A DNA stretch of 64,000 bases, from the NCBI GenBank assembly GCA_964016885.1, contig OZ024741.1:201624001-201688000 (forward strand), written 5' to 3'. The first letter of the stretch is position 1; each line of letters begins with the position of its first letter. Below, one piece after another: positions 51,700 through 64,000 of this stretch. Both the position numbers and the translations under genes were made by a program. This DNA is from Eledone cirrhosa (Eukaryota). Below the pieces are notes generated by a model. It worked only from the letters and a program-made list of their open reading frames with translations, searched no databases and was not told the DNA's origin.

Positions 51700-52655
51700 G
51701 ATCAAGTGAAAATGATTAGTTGTAAGTGTGGGTACTTATACACAGTAGGGGTAAAGAGAAGTGGCAAGATGGGTGTACTATGGGTACTTGGAAAGCAGAC
51801 GCCATTACAGTAACAATAGAGCTGGCAGAGATGAGACAAGTTGTACTTTGCTGGTGAGTTGATCTTTGTCAACTGTTGGGTTGGCACTATAATACGGTCT
51901 AGTCTAATGCAGCTGTCTCTCTTGCACACTATTTCTGATTCTTCTTCTACCCAGATTTTCTCTCAGTTCATCCAAACTCTGTTGTGCTTGCTTATTAAGA
52001 TTGCATATCCGTTGAAGCATGCGTGCTTCATTTCTCTCCAACCTATTACATATCCTCTGCAATCACTGCTCAAGTTTCACTACTATGTAGTAAAACACTT
52101 TGCATACAGTCCTCCTTTCATTTGTAAAGAGAAACCTTTTGATGTCAACAGAGGGAGTAGCTCTCGAAACGTCTTCCATCTTGTCCTTATTCTAGCTACT
52201 GTTCTCGGAATACCCTCTTCCACTGCTAATTATATCACCTAAGTAGCAGAAGCTAACAACTATTTCTATGGATCCTTCTTGGGATTGACCCTCTTACTAT
52301 CAATTACCCTGTACATTTATTGCATACAAAGTTTTCATAACTTGTCCATTAGTTTTATTCCTCTGTAGTCGCTCCTTTCTAAAGCATCACCTTTTCCCTT
52401 GTAGCAATTAATGAATAAACTGCTGCACCAGATGTTGGATGTGTCCTGTATTACCTGATTTACTATGCAGGTGACAGGTTCAGCTCCTACTTCTGATGCT
52501 TTTAGCATTTCAGTGACATATAATATGCCTTTTACTCAGAGAGAGAATCCTTTTATTATCAGCAGAAGTAATAATAGTTCACTGGACTTTCTTCACCTTA
52601 TTGTTTGCCTGACTGTTATGCTTTCAGAACACCCACCTCCACTTCTAATTTAGGA
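51700..52655 (-). mobile_element. Rearranged, decayed RTE LINE fragments
   Basis: Minus strand INCYKGKGDALERSDYRG, CYLGD..SSGRG, KGFSL and NEA.ML motifs, out of order and with deletions. Confidence 0.65.
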
Positions 52656-53138
52656 CTCTTTGGTAACAGAGGCTGCCAACTATATTTATCATTGCTATAT
52701 GTTTTTCTAATAAAATTTTGTATGATATGTACAATAGTTTGTTTTGTATGTTACTTGTATGTTAAATAAATAAAATCATCATTATTTTTTACATTTGCTT
52801 GTGACCTCAAATTTGTAGAGGACTGGGTTGCATAGTTGAGTGATTTAACCCAGTTATATGTTTGATACTTATGGTATTTTTTACAATGAAATGAAAAGAA
52901 AAGTTGACTCTGTGTTTATATGCCTACCCCCAAATTGCCTCGTCATATCAACACCATTTAAACAAGTGGTGATGTTTGTTTATGTTCCATATAAACAATA
53001 TGTCCTGCAGCTTAACAGTTCAATGAAGATTGGCAGTGATGCTGGTGGTAGTGTTTGTAGGACATCTTTTTTTTTTTTTACTTGCATTTCTAATATCAAT
53101 TTAGTACGTTTTTTCGAATAAACTTGGTGCTTATTTAA

Positions 53139-53303
<165 letters not shown>

Positions 53304-53394
53304 TAATTTTTTTCTTTTTGATACTATCAGCTGCTTATAGCAGTCTAGTGTCAGTTTATACCTTTGGAAGAAATGTACCCTATTAAATACTGCA

Positions 53395-53600
53395 CAGACA
53401 TAGCTGTGTGATTCCAGAGTTTTCTTTGCAACCACAGGATTTCAGATTCAATCCCACTTCATGGCAATTTGAGAAACCGTCTTCTAGTATAGCCTCAAGT
53501 TTATTAATGTGAGTGAAATTTGGTAGGCAGAAACTGCAAAAGCCCATTGTATATGCGCGCGCATGTGTGTGTCTGTCTGTATCTGTCTATATGTCCATGT
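53395..53600 (+). mobile_element. Decayed tRNA-derived SINE (third family)
   Basis: Degenerate A/B boxes, tcttctagtatagcc core and microsatellite tail. Related pieces at ~60625-60725 (+) and ~32890-32930 (-). Confidence 0.5.
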
Positions 53601-53889
53601 CTGTTTGTCTGTGTTCATGTCTGGTGTATGAGTTTACGTACTGCAACTTAACAGTTCAACTGTATTATGGAGTTAGGGAAACTAATAGACAAATAAGGAT
53701 TTATCGGAACTAAATAGTCAAATACCTGAGTAAACCTGTTGATGTTACAGCTCACACTTATGCAGGTTTAGTTGACCTTCTACAAGGTTGAATCTCATAG
53801 TTTTTTTTTAATTATAGAGGGCCCCCAGCCATATCATGAAGAAACCCTTATATGGGCCAGATGATAGTCCTTTTAGAAGTTAACTTCAA

Positions 53890-54042
53890 GTTGCTGCTGG
53901 TACTTATTTTTTTCCAGCTGAGTGGACTGAGGCAACATGAAATGAAACGTCTTGCTCAAAGACACTATGCACCACCTAGTCGGAATCAACCCCATAATCT
54001 TATGATCATGAGTCCAACACCCTAACCACTATGCCATGCACT
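53890..54042 (-). mobile_element. tRNA-derived SINE head/core (24247/36215 type)
   Basis: Reverse complement reads gcatggcatagtggttagggtgttgg...tttgagcaagacgtttcatttcatgttgc...ccactcagctgg. Confidence 0.7.
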
Positions 54043-54363
54043 TTTAGAAAACCTGAGCAATTTTAAATATGGCTCCTATAAATAAGACCTATAAATAAAT
54101 TTAATTTGATGAGCTGACTTTGACTGCCAGGGTGAAGAATATGCATATGAAGGAAGAAGTAGATGGAAATCAAGCATAATGTTTAGACTATGAGAATTGA
54201 TTAATGAAGCATTGTGAACATTGTTAGCTTACATTAAAGGTGGTCATGTTAGTTTACATTGTAGATGGTTAAAAAGTTACTTGGAAATCATTTTTAGATA
54301 GGGATAAGTAGATGGACCAAGTCAATTCATGCAAACATGGAAAAGTGTTAATTATGATAAGAA

Positions 54364-54400
54364 CTAGCTGGCCCAGTGCCGTCAAAAATGACGGCTAATT
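54364..54400 (-). mobile_element. Helitron-type 3' terminus
   Basis: Perfect hairpin gccgtca-aaaa-tgacggc about 10 nt from CTAG|T on the minus strand. A similar terminus lies at 35242-35278. Confidence 0.6.
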
Positions 54401-55674
54401 GTAATAGCTATGCATAATAAAACAAAAAGTGATGTTTGTTAGCTGGTTGGTTGGTTCCTTCACGCTCACTCACACAAGTGTTTTTATACACTTTGTTTAC
54501 ATTTCATGGTTCTCTGAAAGTATATGTTACTGATACAGCTAACCTATTTCATCATCACCATTGCCATTTTGTGTCTATTTTCTATGCTTCTAGGTTTAGT
54601 TTCTATGACTGGATGTCCTTCCTAATGTCAACCACTTTACAGAATGTACTGGGAGCATTTTATCATAACTTCGGCACTACCACCTTATGAGTTGGACTCT
54701 GCTTTTTTGTTGTGGCATCAGTACTACTGCCTTACAATGCAGACTGGGTGCTTTCCATTGTGGCGTCAGAGTGGACTTGGTGCTTTTTTATCATGGCACC
54801 AGCATCACCACTTTAGGGAGTTGGCTGAGTGCATTTTATCGAGGCACTAGTATGTTACCATATTTCAAATGAGATGCACTGCCTATGATTTTCAAATTAT
54901 TTTGAAATAATCAAGAATTTAAAGGGATGTAGTAATATAGCTAACTTTCTTATTATTTAGCTGGTGTTTGAAATGGAGGGTTTTTAGATAAATATAAACA
55001 GCTTAATATTGTAGAGCCATGGGTTGTTTAATGAAGTTTTGTATCAATGGTGTTAAGGAATATAACACACAAATTAATGTCATGGCAAGTTATAAGCAAG
55101 TTATGAACCTATTTGTCAGTTATATATTTTAACATTTTTTCTGAGGATATTATATGTTTAATCAAATATATATTGTTAGTCATTATTATTGTTGCTGTTG
55201 TCATTGTCATCATCCTCATCACCATCTGTAGTAGTAGTAGTAGTTAGAATTTAAAATGAGCAACAACTTAGCAGAAGTAGTAGGCATCAGACCAAATACT
55301 TTACAATATTTAGTTTCATCTGTCTGCATTCTGAATTCAGATTCAGTTGGGGTTCACTTTCATTCGACAAAGTCATCATCATTATCCTGTTTATGCTTGC
55401 ATGATTTGAATGGGTCTTTTCTAGTACAGTCCCCTACCACATATTGTATTCTTTTGTCATCTCCTCTGTTCTCACCACCTTGGCCTTCCGCTATTGCAGC
55501 TTTCTTCCGCTGGGAGCTCCAGGCTTGTCTTCATCCTCCATGCATATCACATAGCCATACCAATGTAATCTTCTTTCTTGCACACTATATATGATTTTTT
55601 TTTGTACTCAATATCTGCCTCAATTAAAAGTAATTATAAATGTGGCTGAACTTAAAAGTTTTTTTTTTCTGTAG

Positions 55675-55717
55675 GGTGCTAATATCTTGCTTACAGAAGA
55701 TGGAGATATCAAATTAG
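55675..55717 (+). CDS. MAP4K3: MAP4K3-like coding exon (GANILLTEDGDIKL/A)
   Basis: Poly-T-ctgtAG acceptor and GTAAGA donor; 43 bp, in phase. Confidence 0.97.
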
Positions 55718-56525
55718 GTAAGAATAATGAAAATGATATTCATTGATTTTTATATTTTTTGAATATCATCTTCCTTTTTTTTTCCTTCCCTGTTTGTATT
55801 ATGGACTCCTATTTTTACTTTGGAGTGATCTATTACACTTATCAACTGATAATTGATTTAGCATCTAAAGGACTATGAGATTGCTAGACGAAAGTGATAG
55901 CAAACTGATTGAATGAAAAGAACTGATTCTTCAGTGGCTCATTGTTTTGATAATTTGAAGTTTGCTTTAAGAATAAATTCAGTATGCAAGAAATTTTTTG
56001 AAGACCCCTTATTAGTACCGGCAGTCAAATACAATTATTTTTATTTTGGCAGAGTTTCCTTGGTAAATTTATTTCACCAGAATAAAAATATATATCTTGT
56101 TTCACTAATCCTAATTGTATTTTGCATTGTTGAGTACTGCTGGTTCAAACCATTACATTGATCAAGTAGCAATAAATAACATTAGATAAGTAACCATAAA
56201 TAATTATTTCATTAACTTTATTTGGTAATATCCTTAATTCATTAAACTGAACAAGATTAAAAAAATGCATTATATAATAAAATGTAATAGTAAAATTGGT
56301 GCTGAGGTTATTTTATGAAAAATATAGCTCTATTCTGCTTAGCATGATGTAAAGTGGACTAAGCTCCAGCTAAATATGCTAACCTGGGTCTGAAAAAAAT
56401 TTTTTTTTTAAATAAATAAATAATGCGTAGACTTTCTGCTATAGAAATGTGGAAAAAAAACTTTTTTTTTTTTTTTTTTTTTGGTATAATTTTGAATAAA
56501 TAATTATTGAAACATTTTTTTGCAG

Positions 56526-56598
56526 CTGATTTTGGTGTTTCTGCTCAAATAACTGTTACTATGTGCAAAAGAAAGTCTTTCATTGGCACGCCATATTG
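56526..56598 (+). CDS. MAP4K3: MAP4K3-like coding exon ([25 protein letters not shown]; activation loop)
   Basis: Poly-T-gcAG acceptor and GTAATT donor; 73 bp. Contains DFG and the STE20 signature GTPYW. Confidence 0.97.
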
Positions 56599-56632
56599 GT
56601 AATTATTATATTATTATCATTATTATTATTAT

Positions 56633-56840
56633 AGTGGACTGGCAGAATCATTAGAGCATTGCACAAAATGCTTTGCGGCATAGAGTTATAGCTCCTTACA
56701 TTCTGAGTTTAAATACCACTGAGGTTAGCTTTGCCTTTCATCCTTACAAGTTTGATAAAATAAAGCACCAGTAATGCACTGGGATTGATTTAATCGACTT
56801 TGGTCTTGTTGGTCTTGTGCCTAAATCAGAAACCATTATT
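56633..56840 (+). mobile_element. tRNA-derived Nin/Deu-like SINE
   Basis: Homologous to the 47653 copy; inserted ~35 bp downstream of an exon donor. Confidence 0.8.
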
Positions 56841-56895
56841 ATTTCTTATTATTCTATTTAATCCTCTGATATCATAAATTGACTCAAGAACACAT

Positions 56896-57096
56896 TTAAC
56901 CCTTTAGCAATTACATTACTCTATATATACTATTGTATTTTCATGGTAAAGGCTTTAACTCACATATCAAATCTATGAGATTTGATATTATTTATTTTGA
57001 GAACAATACCTTAAATGGCCAGTTATGGCCAGTTTGAACAGAAAGAGGTGAGAGAATTTTGGCTGGATATGGCAGGTTTAAATGCTAAAGGGTTAA
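56896..57096 (-). mobile_element. TTAA MITE family A
   Basis: TTAA-ccctttagcaatta...taaatgctaaaggg-TTAA; the body is the reverse complement of the 34621 copy. Confidence 0.88.
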
Positions 57097-57789
57097 TAAT
57101 CCTCCAATACTGCATCTGTACAGACAGAAAAAAACAGAAAGCAATCTAATCGATCATCATGATCCATCCACTTTCCATACTAGCTTGGGTTGAACAGGTT
57201 GTCGTGGTCTGAGATTAGACTGGTCAGCAAATTATGTCTTGCTCATATATTCCATATTTTAGGAAGGTTTCTATGGTTGGATGCGCCTCTTAAAGTTAAC
57301 CACTTACAGTGTACTTGTGCACCCAAACAAAATAATTCTTGAAAAGATGATCAACACCATTGTATTGTGTTTAGATACAACACAAGGCACTAACTGGGGA
57401 ACTCTTTTATGTTGGCAAACCCATGGAGAGAACACATCTAATTTTCACTAACATTCATAGCACACAGAAAAGACAGTAAATGAAACAAAATCATGTATGA
57501 ACATACAAAAGCACGAAAATGCACTATATATGACCAACAAAGAGAAACAACACTTGTGTACATAATGAATCAAAATATTAGATTTATTATGGATTATGTC
57601 TGCAATCTTAATCTTTATACAACTCACAAAGAACACAAAATAGTGCAATGCACATCATCACAGGCTGCACATAGACACAATGAATTCAATAGATTGGAGA
57701 GTAAAGAAAACACAACACTCTCTGCCTTCAGTGCTGGAGTGTGCAATGTGGTCTTCAACTAGACAGTTGAATAGTATATATATATATAT

Positions 57790-59878
57790 GTGAGGAGAAT
57801 AAATGGGAGAAAGACAGTCTCCCCCACATCGACCCAATAGAGGGACCAGCAGTGTTAGTCGAGGGTAGTATAATAAGTAAGGCAATCAAAGATATGAAGA
57901 CAGGCAAGGCGGCTGGGCCTTCGGAAATAGTTGCCGAGATGCTGAAGGCATCTGGTACGGTGGGACACACCATGGTCACCCGGATAGTCAACCAAGTCAT
58001 ACAGAATGGGGTTGTTCCGAAGGACTGGCGTAGCAGCATCATCGTTAACTGTTATAAGGGTAAAGGAGATGCCCTATAGAGGCATTAAATTAATCGACCA
58101 GGTCATGAAGGTCATGGAAAAAGTAATAGCGGAACTAATCAGAGAGCGAATTGATCTAGATGAAATGCAGTTCGGGTTTGTGTCAGGAAAAAGTACCACA
58201 GATGCTCTTTTCATTGTACGACAACTACAGGAGAAGTACCTAGCTAAAAGTAAACCCCTATACTTAGTTTTCGTCGACTTGGAGAAGGCCTTCGACAGAG
58301 TCCCCCGTTCCATTATCTGGTGGGCTCTTAGAAAACTAGGTGTTGATGAATGGCTTGTGAGAGCTATACAAGCCATGTATAAAGAAACAGTCAGCAAGGT
58401 TAGAATTAACAACGAATATAGTGAAGAGTTTAGTGTAAAAGTTGGTGTTCATCAGGGATCTGTTCTTAGCCCCCTACTATTTATTATTGCCCTCCAGGCT
58501 AAAACAGTGAAGTTCAAGACCGGCTGCCCATGGGAACTCCTATATGCAGATGATCTAACGCTCATAGCTGAATCAATGGCCGAGCTAGAGAAGAAATTCC
58601 AAACATGGAAGCACGGCCTAGAATCAAAAGGCCTTAAAATTAACCTGGCTAAGACTAAAGTTCTAGTTTGTAAGAAAGAAAATAAGGCGGCGGTCCCCTC
58701 CGGGAAGTGGCCATGCGCAGAGTGTAGGAAAGGCGTAGGTAGAAACTCCATTTTGTGTCCCAAATGCAAAGTTTGGATGCATAAAAGATGTAGTGGTATC
58801 ACAGGTAAGCTAACTAAGAACATAGATTTTACATGTGGCCGGTGTTCCGGCGCAATAAGTAGCAGCAAGTGCCCACAAAATACTAGCTCTTTCAGCTGCG
58901 CAGAGGGTTCTATAGAAATAGTGGACAGCTTCCGTTACCTGGGTGACAAAATCAGCAGTGGGGGAGGGTGCTCTGAAAGTACAATAGCTAGAGTCAGAAC
59001 TGGGTGGAAAAAGTTCAGAGAGCTTATACCACTATTAGCCGCTAAAGGGTTCTCCCTAAAAATGAAAGGCAGGTTGTACGATGCCTGCATACGAACAGCA
59101 ATGTTGCATGGCAGTGAGACCTGGGCATTGTGTGCAGAAGATATACGCAGACTAGAGAGAAACGAAGCTTGCATGCTCCGCTGGATGTGTAATAGTAATA
59201 TACGTGAACGACAAAGCATAAACGAACTAAGGAAAAAATTAGAAATAAGAGGGATCAGATGTTGTCTACTCGAGAGAAGGCTACGTTGGTATGGTCACGT
59301 AATGCGCATGAAGGACGATAGCTGTATAACAAAGTGCAGGGCAATAAAGATAGACGGTAGCCACGGAATAGGCAGACCCAGAAAAACCTGGGATGAGCTG
59401 ATAAACTCCGACCTCACACACTTACACCTCACCAAGACAATGTCACTGGACCGAGACCTTTGGCGGTACTCAGTAATAGAGAAGACCCGCCTTACCTAAA
59501 TACATAGTAAAACCTACTACAGCCAGTAGGCATCTCTAACTAAATACCCCCCCCCCCCACACACCCCATCCACACCACCCCCTCCTATGTAAAGTTATGT
59601 TGGTGCCACAACATCCAGGCCGAAACAAATGAGATCGTGTAGGTGTCACGACAAAAAAACACACAGTCCATGCTGTAATGTGGCCGTGTAGGCAACACGG
59701 TAAAAACCTCCGAGTCCCACACTGTAAATGTGGTTGGTGTTAGGAAGGGCATCCAACTGTAGAAAACCTGCCAGACAGTCCTATGCGAGCAAGACAATCA
59801 CTCTTGCCTCAAGTGGGAATACCCCCGTCTAAACCCATGCAAGCGTGGAACACGGACGTTAAACGTTGATGATGATGT
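57790..59878 (+). mobile_element. 5'-truncated RTE LINE with near-intact RT ORF and PHD insert, 3' UTR and (GAT)n tail
   Basis: ORFs 57852-58079 and 58006-59499 have KAAGPS, YRGIKL, QFGF, DLEKAFD, GVHQGSVLSPLLF, YADD, FRYLG, RRLRWYGHV and GRPRKTW. One frameshifting deletion near 58075; no endonuclease domain. Confidence 0.96.
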
Positions 59879-60299
59879 TGAACAATGAAAACAAGAGACG
59901 AAGTTTAGTTCTAAATTAATTCATTGTTTTACAATCATTTCAGAAGGTTAGGGCATCTGACTGTAGAGTACGATTTTATCCAACCCATGCTAGCATGGAA
60001 AGACATATAAAAATACTGATAGTGGTGATGGTGATAACTGGATCAATCTAATCACTATTCAATTAAATACTATCACTTTGCACACTCTATTTACAATGAA
60101 GGTTAATTTATTGAAGAATATTATTTCACAATTCAATATAAGATTAAAAAAATTCACTGGAATTTAAACTAATACTTTTGAAATGGTAAGACAAACTTGA
60201 ATAGATTTAACTCTTTTTATACTAGTTCTGTATACGTAACCAATCTCTTGAATGTTTATGAAACACTGAGGTAATAAAGTTAATATAAAGAGTGGTGCG

Positions 60300-60435
60300 C
60301 TCATACACAGAGAGGCTATAAAATAGCTTCTTAGAAATACAAGATTTGATTCCTCGTGGTGGCTGATGGCAACTTATTTTTTTGTCTTCACCCTATTTTA
60401 TAACATGTCTGCATGAGCACACATCATTCATTATA
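60300..60435 (+). mobile_element. Solo decayed copy of the arm unit of the 44405-44705 palindrome
   Basis: gtggctgatggcaactt...gtcttcaccctatttt...catgagcacac matches the right arm 44607-44694. Confidence 0.7.
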
Positions 60436-61439
60436 CTAACTACTATTTTTTTAACTCATGAAATTGAAACTTCTAGAATCAGACTCATTTTATTTATATT
60501 TAAATGTTCAATTATATATGTTTCCCTAAGTTTTTTTTACTTCAAATTGCAATTAATTAAAATTGACTTCATATGCAAGTAATTTTGACATTAGTTTCAT
60601 GCTAAATAGTTTAGTGTTTTGAAAAGGCATGGCTGTCTGATGAAGAGGTTTGCTTCAAACTACATAGTTTCAGGTTCAATTTTAATGTATGTTACCTTGG
60701 CTTAGTGTCTTCTACTATAACATCAGGTTGAGCAATATCTTCTCATTGAAATATTGATAGACAGAAATTGAGTGCCTTTGTCTACAATCAATTGATTGAA
60801 ACTGGTAAAAGAGTAATTAATTGAATTACGCAGTAAACTGAAATGACTGTATAAGAATATGCTTTCCAACAGTTGCCAAAGAAATGTACCATATATATCC
60901 TTCTTCAAAATACACACAAAAATAAGACTTAGATAGGAAATGTTAGTAAAATCTAAGACACTAATGAATGGAAAATTATAGAAATCATCTTCACATGAAA
61001 TTGTGGAAGGTACTTTCTACCAGGATTTGGTACAAGCAACATATGAACTTCCACAATTTTCCTAGAATATAGCTTGACAGCCCATATTCAAATGCTCTTT
61101 AAAATTCATTTGAGGTATGTAAGTGAGTACAGCTTTGAAAACTCATTGGAGGGACATATATGCGAGAGGTTATATCTGATGGTATATCTACATCAGGTGG
61201 ACATAACTTTGGAGATGGATTACAGCATTATATCCAATCATACTCTCCAAATTGTACAGCTGCCTAAAATTTTGACATGTTGGGAGCATTATACGTAGAT
61301 CTATACTGGCTATCAGAATTGCATAATATATCTGGTTATCTAAGATAAATGGATGTAGTTTTATGAATGGCAATTCAACAACTTCAATGGAGTAAAATTT
61401 ATAGATAGTAGGTTACAAATCTATGGAGAACAGGTATGT

Positions 61440-62470
61440 ATATAATTATCATCATCATTTCACTTTCCCTGGTTGAAAGACTTGGATGGGTTTTCACAAA
61501 CTGAGTCAGTACTGAAGCGGGGTGACTGATCTCCCAGGCATACAAGGGATCTGTGTCTCACTTACGTATGGTCTCACATTCTACTGCATGCATTTTATCA
61601 TCATGGCACCAGCACTAGAGAGGAAAGTATATCTCTAATCTAGGATGCCCCATGTGACAAAACTGGAGAGTCCTTTCAACCTTTGTTTGGCAAGCTTTCT
61701 ATGGCTTAATGCCCGTCCTATCATCAACCACTATATAGTGTGGACTGGGTGCATTTATCGTTTTGATCACCTACACTAGAGAGGTTGTTCATAACTAAGG
61801 GGTCCTCTCAACCCTTTTAGGCATGATTTTTACAGCGGGGTACCTTTCCTATCACCATCCACCTTACTGAGTGTACTGGGTACATTTTCATGGCATTGTC
61901 ACAAGAGAGGTTGTGCTCATAGTCCCAACTGAAGAGCCCTCTCTGCTCTGTGTGGTTTGTGAGGGGGTGGGGATCAACAGGGAAAGGTAGATAAATAAGT
62001 TATGGGAGTATGGCAAGTGTGGTGATTTGATAGAGTGATGGATAGTATATTGGGTGAGGAGATGTAGTGGTGGGGCTGTGGATGGTGTGGTCAATAGTGT
62101 GCAGGAGGGGGTAGTGTAGTGATGGAGAGATAAATAAGGGGTGGAAATGGAGGGAGTGCACAGTGGGTTGAGTAAGTAGCTTCTAGGGTGCAATAGTGAG
62201 GGTATTTAAGGGCTTTAAAGGGGGAGTGGTATTAGGGTGGGGGTGCAGTGGTGGTGAGGATATCTGGGAGTGTTAGTGGAAGGTAGGGGACACAGGGATG
62301 GGTCATGCCACATTGTATGCTTATTGTTTGGTCTTCATCAGCACAGCATAGCGCCATCCCTCGTGGTCCTTTGTCATCTCTGTTGTGGGTCTTAGTTTCT
62401 TAAGTTCGATCTAGTTTTCCTGTGTCTGCCTCTTCCAAAAATCCTATCCACTGGGATTTCTTTATGTTGC
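61440..62470 (-). mobile_element. Decayed RTE LINE 3' end with long UTR containing a G-rich (+ strand) tract
   Basis: Minus strand GRGRHRKT..LKKLRPTTEMTKDHEGWRYAVLMKT, followed by UTR repeats similar to ggttgatgataggaaagg. Confidence 0.55.
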
Positions 62471-63516
62471 TCTCTTCTCTCTTGCACACACACACACACA
62501 CACCCATGCACACATTATATATATATGTTGTTGTGAGCATCATATCATTTTATGTCTACTTGCAGTAAGTTTGCAAAACAACAATCATCTACAGAAATTA
62601 ACTCTGAATGCTTGCAACTGTCATCTTCTATGATGCCTCTCCCAAAAGCTTGTGATCTAGTTAGGGTTTTACAATTGGATGCCCTTCCTCTTACCAACCT
62701 GTGTAGTAGCATAGATCAGATGTGTTTACTATGACATTGGTATGAAAGAAGTATTCTATAAGGTTCTGGGCCTTTCTTTACTTCATGTCTCCTTCTCTCT
62801 CTTTCTATGTCTCCCTTTCAATCTACTCTCTCACAACCACTATCTCTTTCTCTTTATCTCTCTCACTATTTATCTCTCTCTCTATTTATGAAGGTACCCA
62901 GAAAAACCCTGTACCTCGGGAACCCATGCTCCGATTTATGTGAAACTTGTTTTATTCCATTTGTATTCCCATTTCAGGGGCAAATTCCTTTCAAAATATT
63001 TTCCCATCATGTGCCGTTTTGACTGTATTAAATTACAGACAAGCACACAATCACAGTTTTAGTAATATATAGATAGAAGGTGAATTCTTTACTACATACC
63101 AAAGAAACTGGACACTGCCTTCAACTGTTTTGTAAATACTTGCTGTGGATTAATCAAAATTTCTCTTTTCAAAGGTGATTTTGTTTGGCAAATAGACTCT
63201 TGCAAAGGCTCAGCTCCATCAAATAAAATCTGTTTGTTTGTATTATCATTGTCATTTTGTGCTTTCAAATATAAAAGCAAATATAAGATATTGATATATT
63301 TAATTCAATTTACTCTCTTTTGTGTTATTTTGTCTATTAATGAACAGTTTCTTAAACATTTAAAGTACATTCTGCTATAGTATATTTTTTAATTATCTAA
63401 TTAGAGGTTAGTAGAATATTTTGGCCGTGATAGGTTATTTTTGATTTCTTTCATGAAGAAAATAATAATTCTATGAATGACTCAGCCATTTTATTCATGG
63501 CTTTGTTTTGTTTATT

Positions 63517-63586
63517 AAGTAGGGTTTTGAAACAAAATGTAAGTAAATATCAAGTAGGGTTTTGAAACAAAATGTAAGTAAATATC
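63517..63586. repeat. Perfect 35-bp tandem duplication
   Basis: aagtagggttttgaaacaaaatgtaagtaaatatc occurs twice in tandem. Confidence 0.92.
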
Positions 63587-63624
63587 AATAAGTGCAGTAG
63601 TAGTAGGAGAGCTATGAATAATTC

Positions 63625-63782
63625 TCTCTAACATAGGTACAAAACCAGCAATTTGGGGGAAGGTTGCTTATATCAATCCCAGTATTTAATTGGTACTTTA
63701 TTTTATCAACCCTGAAAGTTGACCTCGGTGTGATTTGAACTCAGAGTACAGAAATTTGTAACTAAATACTGCCATTCCACCA
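63625..63782 (-). mobile_element. Decayed Nin/Deu-like SINE
   Basis: ggtacttttattttatcaaccc...gttgacctcgg..gatttgaactcaga is the reverse complement of the 47653 family. Confidence 0.7.
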
Positions 63783-63915
63783 TATATAATAGAATCTGTA
63801 TCATATTGCATTTGTAATACAAAACAACTTTACTTATTGATAACTTATGTAATCAGTATTCTGTGTTATTCTTACTTTTGGCTGTTTCTTATTGTATCTA
63901 TTTTACTGTTTGAAG

Positions 63916-64000
63916 GATGGCACCAGAAGTGGCTGCAGTTGAAAGGAAAGGGGGGTATAATCAACAGTGTGATATATGGGCCGTTGGTATCACAGCCATA
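63916..64000 (+). CDS. MAP4K3: MAP4K3-like coding exon, runs off window (MAPEVAAVERKGGYNQQCDIWAVGITAI)
   Basis: gaAG acceptor, in phase with the previous exon (TG|G = Trp). APEVAAVERKGGYN is diagnostic of MAP4K3/5/happyhour. Confidence 0.97.

Noticed and set aside
58074-59219. Antisense ORFs over the RTE copies (also 45620-46342, 48579-48842)
   Set aside because: These are shadow frames of the RT coding strand with no independent signal.

Overview
This is an AT-rich, repeat-dense animal genomic window. The repeat repertoire looks cephalopod/octopus-like, which is an inference. The only host gene I can support is a + strand STE20/GCK-I kinase (MAP4K3/MAP4K5/happyhour-like). Seven short GT-AG coding exons (31585-64000, the last running off the window) splice in frame to 173 codons covering kinase subdomains II-IX. 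The first coding exon (GxGxxG loop) was not found and probably lies upstream, so positions 1-31584 are probably intron 1. Positions 812-13405 are a ~12.6 kb 28/30-bp tandem array that produces all the long His/Thr/Tyr-rich ORFs, which I do not accept as genes. The rest is decayed mobile elements: several RTE LINE families (one with a PHD finger inside the RT domain), a 5'-inverted CRE-clade retrotransposon, Gypsy, Penelope-like, CR1, Tx1-like and Helitron remnants, TTAA-flanked MITEs and tRNA-derived SINEs. The most unusual structures are a spacer-less ~300-bp palindrome made of two head-to-head tRNA-SINE arms (44405-44705), the twin-priming-like inverted CRE element, the PHD-in-RT LINE with its partner SINEs, and the higher-order structure of the tandem array. 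I found no convincing wholly new gene system. All coordinates were read by eye, and TE boundaries are approximate.
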